Source of the DNA: a virus
Length of the DNA: 64,000 bases
Direction: 5' to 3' (one strand)
IMG/VR virus record: IMGVR_UViG_3300013006_000024
Span: 1-64,000 of that record
The notes beneath the pieces were generated by a model. That model worked only from the letters and a program-made list of their open reading frames with translations, was not told where the DNA came from and did no database searches. The position numbers were made by a program, and so were the translations under genes. Of the stretch, positions 38,725-47,210 are shown piece after piece; position 1 is the first letter of the stretch, and each line of letters starts with the position of its first letter.

Positions 38725-39102
38725 ATGGATGCTTTCAGAGAAGATCTTTCTCCAGAAGAAATTAAGATGGCTACCATAGCTTTTATGGGCCAACATCTAA
38801 CAGGTGATCTTAAGATGCTTCAGAGTAATATGGTCTCACAGAACCCTACTTGCCTTGGTAATTCATTAAATCCGCTACAGGTGATTAATACTATACCGAC
38901 TGCACAACAGCCTAACCCAGTGCATACAACCGTTAATGCGGGTATTAATATTCCACGCCCGCAACCTCAACAGAATTATGTACAGGTAACAGAGCATCGA
39001 AATAGTATCCAGGAAAAAGCTACCGATAATTTAATTTTAAAAGAAATAGCTAATACATTAAAGAGAATAGAAGAGAAGCTGGATAAGATAAAAATATCTT
39101 GA
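38725..39102 (+). CDS. Hypothetical protein
   Basis: 125 aa, Q/P-rich middle. Confidence 0.5.
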   Translation: MDAFREDLSPEEIKMATIAFMGQHLTGDLKMLQSNMVSQNPTCLGNSLNPLQVINTIPTAQQPNPVHTTVNAGINIPRPQPQQNYVQVTEHRNSIQEKATDNLILKEIANTLKRIEEKLDKIKIS

Positions 39103-39134
39103 ATAACAAGATATATATGCTATTATAAAGATTA

Positions 39135-39866
39135 ATGAATCTTAAAATAGCTAATAAAGATATTTTTTTAAATAACTTTTTAACACCGTTAAGTAAGGTA
39201 ACGGATAGTGCAGTAATAAATGTTAGTAAGGGTAAGTTGAGCTCGCTTATTTCTACGAGCGATAATACAATTATTGTTGGTGTTAATTTTACAGACAGTA
39301 GTATTGATGCTGTTAAATGTCTCAATATACCCGATGTAAAGAAATTTGTTAGAGTTATTTCTTGTATTGAGCATGATACATTTGAGCTAGATATTTCATC
39401 GAACTTTATTGGGTATTCGTCTGATAGCGTTAGGTTTAAGTACCATCTATACGATGATAATATTATTACTACACCTAAGCTAAACATGGAAAAGATTAAA
39501 ACTCTTGAATTTGATGGCTCCTTTACGTTGCCTTATACATCAGTTATTAGCCTCATAAAAGGCAGTTCTATAAGTACGGAGACAAATAAGATTTATATAT
39601 CTGTTAAAGATACTACAGTTTTCGGTGAACTAACGGATAAAACGAGAAGCAACATAGATTCGTATGGTATAAAGATTGCTGAAGATTATAAGGGCACTCA
39701 ATTTGCCTTACCTTTACCGTTGAACTTTGAAATATTTAGAATAATTTCTTCTATGAGATTCAAAGAATTACAATCCCAAATAATAACAAAATTAGGAGTA
39801 ATGACATTAGATCTTAAACTTGAAAATTCTGACTTTAAGTTTGTTATCTCTGCATTAGCAAATTAA
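39135..39866 (+). CDS. gp45: Sliding clamp (gp45/PCNA-like)
   Basis: 243 aa, LNIPDVKKF motif, two-domain beta/alpha pattern, replication context. Confidence 0.65.
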   Translation: MNLKIANKDIFLNNFLTPLSKVTDSAVINVSKGKLSSLISTSDNTIIVGVNFTDSSIDAVKCLNIPDVKKFVRVISCIEHDTFELDISSNFIGYSSDSVRFKYHLYDDNIITTPKLNMEKIKTLEFDGSFTLPYTSVISLIKGSSISTETNKIYISVKDTTVFGELTDKTRSNIDSYGIKIAEDYKGTQFALPLPLNFEIFRIISSMRFKELQSQIITKLGVMTLDLKLENSDFKFVISALAN

Positions 39867-40237
39867 TGTATAAAACAAGTAAAAATAAATTAAGAACGCC
39901 AAGTTACTTTATTAAAAGGCTTAGGGACAATAGATTTATTGTAATTAAGATTTTTTCTGTTTATTCCAAAGGTGACCCGCGGCAATGGACTATAATGGTT
40001 AATCCTAGCGAGGCATCTGTTATGATTACTTGCTACCTTAATAAGGATAATATGGACGAAATTCTATTTGAATTCAATGATGGGGGCCGTAAGATTCTTA
40101 AGAATTTCTTTATTAAAACCGATAGTATTGAAGTTATTATTGATTATCTTATTAAAAACGGTGTTTCTAACAATGCTGATTACCCAGGAAGAGAAAGATA
40201 CTTGTCAAAAAGATTAAATACTTATGATGAAAAATAA
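39866..40237 (+). CDS. Hypothetical protein
   Basis: TAATG-coupled ORF. Confidence 0.5.
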   Translation: MYKTSKNKLRTPSYFIKRLRDNRFIVIKIFSVYSKGDPRQWTIMVNPSEASVMITCYLNKDNMDEILFEFNDGGRKILKNFFIKTDSIEVIIDYLIKNGVSNNADYPGRERYLSKRLNTYDEK

Positions 40238-40556
40238 GAACTCATCTAAAGGTAATGACGGTAAAAATACACCCTTTAATCCTAATGAAAATAAAGAGGT
40301 AAAAGAGCTTACTCATAAAGCATTAGTTTCTTTCTTGAGAGATCAAATTAAAGAAAAGTCTGACAATAAAACGGATTTAGACGTATTAACTAGTCAGGTT
40401 TTAGAATTTTTAAATAGCTTTATTTTAATCGGCTACAATTTTAATGGTGAGCCTATTTCTATTATTTCTGCTCATAACCAACAAGAAGCCGATTCTCTTG
40501 GAACACTAATTAATAAGTTTATTTTTAATAACGCTAAAGATACTTTTGGAGATTAA
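40224..40556 (+). CDS. Hypothetical protein
   Basis: TAAATA just upstream; 110 aa. Confidence 0.5.
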   Translation: MMKNKNSSKGNDGKNTPFNPNENKEVKELTHKALVSFLRDQIKEKSDNKTDLDVLTSQVLEFLNSFILIGYNFNGEPISIISAHNQQEADSLGTLINKFIFNNAKDTFGD

Positions 40557-40582
40557 TAAAAGTTATATTAAAATAATAATAC

Positions 40583-41419
40583 ATGAGAGTATTATTGCTT
40601 GGTAAAGGATTCATTGGTACTAAATTAGGTCAATTTTTACAGACAGCTGATGTTGACGTTTTTCATATTAGTCAGCAAGAAATAGATTATACAAATAGTA
40701 AAACGTTATCACGTATGTTTCGTGATTATAATTTTACACATGTAGTTAATTGCTGTGGGTATACCGGTACTCCTAATGTTGATGGTTGTGAAAAAAATAA
40801 AGAAACCTGTTGGAATCTAAACGTTACTGTGCCAAATGAAATTGATAAAATTGCAGATAGACATAATAAAAAAATTATTCATATTTCAAGTGGGTGTATA
40901 TATACAGGCTACGAAAAAGAGTTTCTAGAAACAGATCAACCCAATTTTGGTCTTTATAATCCGCAATCTAGTTTTTACAGTAAATCAAAACATGCTTTTG
41001 AAACAGTTATTGATACTAAACAATCAGCTATTCTTAGAATTCGTATGCCTGTAACGTCAGTTAAAGAGGATAAAAATTATCTATACAAACTCTTTAAGTA
41101 TGATAATTTAATTAGCTATAAGAATAGCATTACATGCATTGACGATCTTAATCGCTTAGTCAAGCATTTATTAGATAATTTTATCCCAGGTATCTTTAAC
41201 GCTGTTAATACAAAGCCTATAACTGCAAAAGAAGTAGTAGACATATTTAAAAAATATAATAAAGTTAATCCTAATTGGAATTTTGTTGAAATGGACGATC
41301 TAGATATAGTAGCTAACCGATCTAATTGTATTCTCAGTACTCAAAAATTACAGCAGCATGGGCTAGAATTTTCCGATACCTTTGAAACAGTTGAAAAATA
41401 TATACAGGAATTATGTTAA
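40583..41419 (+). CDS. RmlD-like NDP-sugar reductase/epimerase (extended SDR)
   Basis: LLGKGFIG, NCCGYTGTPNVDGCE, HISSGCIY, YSKSK, LRIRMP. Confidence 0.8.
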   Translation: MRVLLLGKGFIGTKLGQFLQTADVDVFHISQQEIDYTNSKTLSRMFRDYNFTHVVNCCGYTGTPNVDGCEKNKETCWNLNVTVPNEIDKIADRHNKKIIHISSGCIYTGYEKEFLETDQPNFGLYNPQSSFYSKSKHAFETVIDTKQSAILRIRMPVTSVKEDKNYLYKLFKYDNLISYKNSITCIDDLNRLVKHLLDNFIPGIFNAVNTKPITAKEVVDIFKKYNKVNPNWNFVEMDDLDIVANRSNCILSTQKLQQHGLEFSDTFETVEKYIQELC

Positions 41420-41700
41420 CTGAAATATTTAAACACCCAAAAAAGAGATACGTTTATGCAATTACAGGCGGTGCATTTTTAGGCGAACTCTTTGTATACA
41501 TGGAAAAGAAGAATGATGATTTTGTATTTTTGTCTTTACCTGATATGAAAATAAGAGAGGTACCATGCGATAAATTTGATTTTGGGTTAACACAAAAAAT
41601 AGTAGATATAGTTGAAAAGCTGCCAGCAAATGTTTACGACGTCTGCAGAATACAATATAATAAAAATAACACTTTAAATACGGAAGTAGCTATTAAATAA
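41413..41700 (+). CDS. Hypothetical protein
   Basis: Coupled ORF. Confidence 0.5.
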   Translation: MLTEIFKHPKKRYVYAITGGAFLGELFVYMEKKNDDFVFLSLPDMKIREVPCDKFDFGLTQKIVDIVEKLPANVYDVCRIQYNKNNTLNTEVAIK

Positions 41701-41704
41701 CTAT

Positions 41705-41893
41705 ATGGACCTAATTAACCCCATACCTATTGTTTCACCTATTAGTGGTGAGCCTGTTAGACCTCGTCTACGTACTTACATTCGTGAAGGTAATGAAATT
41801 GTTGAAGCAGAATATATTGATCCGGCTAGTGGTACCTTTATTAGAAAAGGTATAGTTTCTGTTAAACCTATACCTAAACAAAATAAGGCTTAA
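41705..41893 (+). CDS. Small hypothetical late protein
   Basis: TAAATA 5 nt upstream. Confidence 0.5.
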   Translation: MDLINPIPIVSPISGEPVRPRLRTYIREGNEIVEAEYIDPASGTFIRKGIVSVKPIPKQNKA

Positions 41894-41928
41894 CTTGTTT
41901 TTGATAGTATATAACTTATACTATACGT

Positions 41929-42963
41929 GTGTTAATACCTAGAGAGTATATACTTCAGAAGTTTTATCAATTTGCTGGTTATCCGCAATATAAAAAGCAT
42001 AGTAATACGTATATTGCAGGGTGTCCGATTTGTAGAGAAGGCCGATCTTGGGGTAAGAAAAGACGATGTATTTATATTGTTGAAGACAATGCTGTTTGTT
42101 GTCATAATTGCGGTTGGTATAGCGATGCTATAAAATGGATTCAAGAAGTCTCCGGTCAGTCGTTTAATGAAATTTTGAATGAATCGAGAGAGTTTGATAT
42201 TTTACCTTTAGATGTATTAAGCGATAAAACCGAGCCAATAATACGTAAGCCTGTCGAAGATTTGCCTAAAGATTCAATTAATTTATTTGATAGTAAGCAG
42301 GTCGAATTCTATAGCGATAATCAGGTAGTACAAGACGCCTTAAGCTTAGTTAAACGAAGAAGAATAGATAGAGCTATTAATAGACCGGAGACGTTATGGC
42401 TATCACTAAATGACCATACCCATAAGAACCGAGTTGTCATTCCGTTTTATAATGAAAATAATAATATTATTTTCTATCAATCTCGTGCTTTATATGACCG
42501 TGATTTAAGACTTTATCCAAAATATCTAAGTAAAATAAATGGTGAAAAGTCACTATACAATATTAATAAAATTACATCCGATATTGATTATATTTTTATA
42601 TTCGAAGGACCAATCGATTCTTTTTTTATTAAAAATGGAACAGCTGTTGCAGGCATTCAGGAGAATAGTAATGCTATGTTTTCTAAGCTACAAGAGATGC
42701 AGTTAAACACGTTCAAGTTTCATAAGAAAATTTGGGTATTAGATAATCAATGGGTTGATAACGCTAGTCGTAATAAAACAAATAAGCTTATAGAAAACGG
42801 TGAATGCGTTTTTATCTGGCCTGAGAATTTGAGTAAGAAATATAAAGATATGAACGATCTTTGTATTGATCAGGAGAAGGATAGCTTAGATGTAGATTTT
42901 ATAGTAAGCAATTCGTTTACGGATATGAAAGCTAAACTACTAATGAGCGTTATCGGTCGTTAG
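41929..42963 (+). CDS. gp61: DNA primase
   Basis: CPIC...CHNC zinc finger, RVVIPFY, YQSR, FEGPIDS TOPRIM, KDMND. Confidence 0.9.
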   Translation: MLIPREYILQKFYQFAGYPQYKKHSNTYIAGCPICREGRSWGKKRRCIYIVEDNAVCCHNCGWYSDAIKWIQEVSGQSFNEILNESREFDILPLDVLSDKTEPIIRKPVEDLPKDSINLFDSKQVEFYSDNQVVQDALSLVKRRRIDRAINRPETLWLSLNDHTHKNRVVIPFYNENNNIIFYQSRALYDRDLRLYPKYLSKINGEKSLYNINKITSDIDYIFIFEGPIDSFFIKNGTAVAGIQENSNAMFSKLQEMQLNTFKFHKKIWVLDNQWVDNASRNKTNKLIENGECVFIWPENLSKKYKDMNDLCIDQEKDSLDVDFIVSNSFTDMKAKLLMSVIGR

Positions 42964-43366
42964 ACGAAATAAGATACCCCTTAAGCGATTCGCTCAAAGA
43001 ACTCAATTCAGCTGCAAGTCTTGCAATCTTCTTTTTCTCACTTCTAGCAATATCCTCAAAAATTGAATCGCAAGGAGCGGAGTGTAGTTGTACTTGCATT
43101 GAAGATGCATCTGTACCATTTAGGAAACCAATAAACGTATCGATTTGGGCAATCCAATCTTTTAGTTTCTGTGCCTGATCAATTTTAGTTCTATCTAAAA
43201 GCTTCTCTCTACCAGGTTGCTGCACATCAAAATCTTCAGGCTTTGCAGTAGTTAACGACTGTGCCATTGCTTCTTTATCTGTTTGCGGGGTAGAATCTTG
43301 ATTAACAGGTGCTGGAGCTTGATCAGCTTCTAGAATGGTGTCAAATATACGTTCGAAAGATATCAT
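42950..43366 (-). CDS. Hypothetical late protein with capsid-targeting-like N-terminus
   Basis: TAAATA 6 nt upstream; MISFERIFDTILE-A. Confidence 0.55.
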   Translation of the reverse strand: MISFERIFDTILEADQAPAPVNQDSTPQTDKEAMAQSLTTAKPEDFDVQQPGREKLLDRTKIDQAQKLKDWIAQIDTFIGFLNGTDASSMQVQLHSAPCDSIFEDIARSEKKKIARLAAELSSLSESLKGYLISSNDR

Positions 43367-43400
43367 ATTAATTATTTATTACAAGAGAATAAATAATTTA

Positions 43401-43784
43401 GTGAAAAAGACGGTTTTGTTTGAAGACTTTACTAACTACTATAATAAATGGGTTTCCGGTATAGCTTCCAGAGAGCTTGGCTCTCAACGTGTTACTTTAA
43501 AGGATCTATTTGATAAGAGTGTGACAGACCAGCTACCTGGTTCAGCAAAAGCTGAAAAGGTACTGCCTTTCCCTTTGCCTAGTGTTGTTGAGCAAGTAGG
43601 TGAGCTATATTTAAACGCGACAAACACAAGAGCACTATTTAACGATTCATTAAAGAACCCTATTATTAATAAAAACGAGAGTGCATTTGAGACAGTAAAA
43701 CAAGTAGTAGCTAAGCTTGACAATATAATAGAAGAAATTAATCATATATTTAAAATCACTGATACACCGGTTGCAAAAAAATAA
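43401..43784 (+). CDS. Hypothetical late protein
   Basis: Start revised to GTG 43401, 5 nt after TAAATA (43390-43395). Confidence 0.5.
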   Translation: MKKTVLFEDFTNYYNKWVSGIASRELGSQRVTLKDLFDKSVTDQLPGSAKAEKVLPFPLPSVVEQVGELYLNATNTRALFNDSLKNPIINKNESAFETVKQVVAKLDNIIEEINHIFKITDTPVAKK

Positions 43785-43798
43785 ACTAATACTATAAT
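43771..43798 (+). promoter_or_regulatory. Sigma70-like promoter TTGCAA-N16-TATAAT
   Basis: 6 nt before ATG 43805. Confidence 0.65.
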
Positions 43799-43804
43799 AG
43801 TTAA

Positions 43805-44233
43805 ATGCTTACAAAAGTTAGCTTTCAGCTTTTTTCTCTTACAATAGTATCTCTCCTTTTTGGATATTGGACTACCACTATAGGTGTTAATATAATTGTC
43901 GGAACGTTAACTGGTGCAGTTATTCAATTCTTAGGGTTTAACGCCTTTTCAACTGTTTTTAATTCTATTGTATTATTGAAAAATAAAAAACTTGAAAACG
44001 AAAGACTTCAAGAGTTTTCTTATCAAGGTCTTGAATTAGAATGTCCTTGCTATAAAAAAGAAAGAGAACTAGTTCCAGTTAGATTTAATACACCTAACTA
44101 TTATAGATGTAAAGCTTGTAACAAACAGCTTAGTGTTATAGTTACTGCGGAATCCGCTGTGGTTACCGAACCTATTTTAAATACAGATTTATCCAGTCTT
44201 GACACCAGTATTATAGAAAAAGCTATACAATGA
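43805..44233 (+). CDS. Membrane protein with zinc-ribbon-like motif
   Basis: Two hydrophobic N-terminal segments; CPC...CKAC. Confidence 0.5.
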   Translation: MLTKVSFQLFSLTIVSLLFGYWTTTIGVNIIVGTLTGAVIQFLGFNAFSTVFNSIVLLKNKKLENERLQEFSYQGLELECPCYKKERELVPVRFNTPNYYRCKACNKQLSVIVTAESAVVTEPILNTDLSSLDTSIIEKAIQ

Positions 44234-44688
44234 ATATACCCGACAGTATAGCTAAGTTAACTACTGAAGTATCAAATGATCATTTTAATACTAAACCAGT
44301 TGATCCTATTTTAAATTTAAACGATGTTGTTTTGCTTGTTAAAAAATCTCTAAATTTAAAGCAACTTAATAATTTTGAGCAAGGTTTAAATTTTTATAAA
44401 ACCAATGTTACATCCGATAAATCAGTATCACAAAATATGATGGGTCTAGTTTCGGACATTATAATAACTGCTCTCAAAGATAGTGACATCAATGAAGAAT
44501 ATAAAATAAATCTAGGACTCAGTATTAAAAATTCATTTACGGGTATTAATGAGATTTTAGAATCCGTATTTAAGAATTTAAACATGCTGAATAAAAATAA
44601 TAATTTACTTGACGTCAAAGATTTTACCTTGATAATACTAGGATATGCAATCGGACTCCTTAAAAAAATCGATAACAATAGAAGCTAA
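44230..44688 (+). CDS. Hypothetical protein
   Basis: Coupled ORF. Confidence 0.45.
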   Translation: MNIPDSIAKLTTEVSNDHFNTKPVDPILNLNDVVLLVKKSLNLKQLNNFEQGLNFYKTNVTSDKSVSQNMMGLVSDIIITALKDSDINEEYKINLGLSIKNSFTGINEILESVFKNLNMLNKNNNLLDVKDFTLIILGYAIGLLKKIDNNRS

Positions 44689-44953
44689 AAACGGAAATCA
44701 TAAACTCAAGGTGAGTGAATATGCCCGTTGGTTTTGTCTTATTGAAGCTTTGGACATTATAAGTCGAAAAGCTCAACAATTCAAAGTTGACCTGCAAAAC
44801 AAAGATGCTGACTGGGTAAAACCTCTAGCATTTCAAAAATATATAGATGAAAGATATGAATCTATGGTCGACGAGGTTCTTATGAATGAATCGACCGATA
44901 CAACACCGGTAGTACCAAAATGCATTACATCATTGGAACCAGCTTTAAAGTAA
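44645..44953 (+). CDS. Hypothetical protein
   Basis: Overlapping ORF in operon. Confidence 0.45.
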   Translation: MQSDSLKKSITIEAKNGNHKLKVSEYARWFCLIEALDIISRKAQQFKVDLQNKDADWVKPLAFQKYIDERYESMVDEVLMNESTDTTPVVPKCITSLEPALK

Positions 44954-45198
44954 GTCAAGCTGGACGCACTCTTTTAAGAGATAAGCGTTTTGCTGTAGGA
45001 GGGGTTTACTCTCTCATCCACATTACACCGCGTAATGGGAAATACGTTTACTACTTTATGGATTTAAGTAGAAATAAACTAGATATAGAATTTAATTCTT
45101 GCAGAGAGGCAGACTCTTTGTTAGCCAAATTAAAAAACGAGAGAATTCCAAACTACGAAGAGCAAAAAGAAGATATTATTGATACCATTGCGGATTAG
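44920..45198 (+). CDS. Hypothetical protein
   Basis: Overlapping ORF in operon. Confidence 0.45.
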   Translation: MHYIIGTSFKVSQAGRTLLRDKRFAVGGVYSLIHITPRNGKYVYYFMDLSRNKLDIEFNSCREADSLLAKLKNERIPNYEEQKEDIIDTIAD

Positions 45199-45920
45199 TA
45201 ATAACCGCCGTATACATCAGAGTAATCTGTCTTACTGTAGTCAAAAACCTTCTTTGACTCAATATCCATACTATCCGTGTACGGTTTATTAGCCCCGGAA
45301 GCATAAGGGGTTTTAGTATCGTCAAATAATTGATCATTCTGAGCTTCCGGTATAACACCTGGTTCGAAAGAATATTCAAAGCGCTTAGCTTTAATTAACC
45401 ACACATAATGTCCCATAAGAGTGTTGATTTGGGCAATATCTTGGTCTAATCTTTGTGTTATTTCGTATATATTACCGTTTCTACCCCCGGGTCTATCACT
45501 ACCATACTCTACTAGTTGGAATAGGTCACCGGATTTAGGTTCTGCACCATAGCCAAACGTTTCATAGAACGCGCTTATGTGGATAAAAGCTGTTACCTCA
45601 TCATCTGATACTAAACCAAATTTACTTAGCATTAATGCATTTTCATTAAGATTAATAGCCATTATAATATTTTGAGGCGGCGAAAAAGCTTGGGTTGGCT
45701 GTTCACCGTATAGCATATCTGCACTTAAAGTGGTCGTGTTATTAACAATATAGCCTACTTGCTGGCCATACAGATTAATTTGTTCTCTCCAATAGTTAGA
45801 GTATGTATTTCTTTCGCAATTATTATTTTGCTTATTAGTATATCTAAAGCAGGGATTATCCTCAAAGAAAAACGGATATACCTTAGGTTGTGGACTACCG
45901 GTATAATACGCTACGCTCAT
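45195..45920 (-). CDS. gp14: Neck protein (T4 gp14-like)
   Basis: EQINLYGQ.V.YI, LYGE, LSKFGL...DE, EPKSGDL, YEIT, FEYS. Confidence 0.7.
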   Translation of the reverse strand: MSVAYYTGSPQPKVYPFFFEDNPCFRYTNKQNNNCERNTYSNYWREQINLYGQQVGYIVNNTTTLSADMLYGEQPTQAFSPPQNIIMAINLNENALMLSKFGLVSDDEVTAFIHISAFYETFGYGAEPKSGDLFQLVEYGSDRPGGRNGNIYEITQRLDQDIAQINTLMGHYVWLIKAKRFEYSFEPGVIPEAQNDQLFDDTKTPYASGANKPYTDSMDIESKKVFDYSKTDYSDVYGGYY

Positions 45921-46237
45921 TTTTCTAATACCGGTTTTTGTAATATAGGATCTAATTTAATAGTCACGCCTGTATTACCTAGTTTCTTAGGCTTAACGGG
46001 ATCATACTTAAAATGGAATTCACCTTCAATTTGTGCGACTTCTCGAGTATTTAAAGTATATTTACCTGATGGTTTCCTTAATAAGCTTTGTACTTTTTGA
46101 TTATTATGCTTTGTTCTATGCATGTGAGGTACTGTGCGACCTGGATTCTTAGGATGTGAAGATGGGTCGCGTACAACAGGATGCATATGTCGTTTATCTG
46201 TACCTATTTTACCGGAATAAAAATCTCTAAACGTCAT
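45917..46237 (-). CDS. Hypothetical late protein
   Basis: TAAATA 5 nt upstream; MTFRDFY. Confidence 0.5.
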   Translation of the reverse strand: MTFRDFYSGKIGTDKRHMHPVVRDPSSHPKNPGRTVPHMHRTKHNNQKVQSLLRKPSGKYTLNTREVAQIEGEFHFKYDPVKPKKLGNTGVTIKLDPILQKPVLEK

Positions 46238-46251
46238 ATAGTTATTTAAGC

Positions 46252-46289
46252 AAAAAAAAGGGCCTAATTTGACTTAGGCCCTTTTTTTT
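46252..46289. terminator. Intrinsic terminator (bidirectional form)
   Basis: A8-GGGCCTAA-tttgac-TTAGGCCC-T8 hairpin just downstream of the 46306..47199 gene. Confidence 0.88.
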
Positions 46290-46305
46290 ACTATTTTTTG
46301 ATTGC

Positions 46306-47199
46306 TTATTTTAGACCAGCTAGATAAGCACCGACCTTAGAGGTCTTAGAATTCACTACGTTAGCCTTACCCTTGGGGGATGTGGGGGCGCCACCTTTTA
46401 TGCCACCACCAACAAGAGCATGGCCCTTTTCACCATCATTACCAACTTTGTCAGTTACCTTGGAATCACCAGGGCCACTCGACTTTAAACTATTTGTTAC
46501 ATCGCCAACCTTGTTATCTTTCTTTTGAAGAGATTGGCCAGCAGAAGTAGGAAGCTCTTTCATTTCAGTGCCTTCTTTAGCAACACCTTCATTATCTTCA
46601 TCTTCTTCTGTCTTCTCTTTTTCTTCGTTAGCTTCATCGGCGCCACCAGCGTCGAGTTCACCAATTTCATCGGAACCTTCATCAGAAGACTCATCAGAAT
46701 TTTCTTCACCTAATGCGGCATGCATAACATCACAAAGCTTTTGAGCGACATCACGAGGCAATGTGAAGGTTACATCACCTTCCTCACCAGCACCTTCCTC
46801 ACCAGCAGGAAGACCGAGAGCCTCTGCATCGCTAGCCTCGACATCCTCAGGCCGGCCGGACATTACGTCCTCGTATAATTTATCAAAAATAGATTTGCTC
46901 ATAAAATTATTTATTGTTTGTACCTCTGTTTTTTCAAGATTTTGTGAGAATTTTTTTGGAGTATAAAAATTATCGTTTTTGGCAGTCTCGGGATCAATTA
47001 AATCTTTCTTAAAACCATCAGCATTTTCCGGGCCAGAATTCTTGGGAGTGAAGGCTTTAGGATCTGCTTTAGCTTCTACTGGCTTCTTATCTGTAGCTAG
47101 TTTAAATGTGCCTTTAGGGGGAAATACGGCCTTCTTTTCTTCAATTATATTGTTTTCATAGAAGGCACCCAATTCTACTAGCGATCTTGCTTGATTCAT
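46306..47199 (-). CDS. Acidic low-complexity late protein, possible prohead core/internal protein
   Basis: Own TAAATA and strong terminator; E/D/G-rich; repeated (I/L)xE sites. Confidence 0.45.
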   Translation of the reverse strand: MNQARSLVELGAFYENNIIEEKKAVFPPKGTFKLATDKKPVEAKADPKAFTPKNSGPENADGFKKDLIDPETAKNDNFYTPKKFSQNLEKTEVQTINNFMSKSIFDKLYEDVMSGRPEDVEASDAEALGLPAGEEGAGEEGDVTFTLPRDVAQKLCDVMHAALGEENSDESSDEGSDEIGELDAGGADEANEEKEKTEEDEDNEGVAKEGTEMKELPTSAGQSLQKKDNKVGDVTNSLKSSGPGDSKVTDKVGNDGEKGHALVGGGIKGGAPTSPKGKANVVNSKTSKVGAYLAGLK

Positions 47200-47210
47200 A
47201 TTAAGTATTT

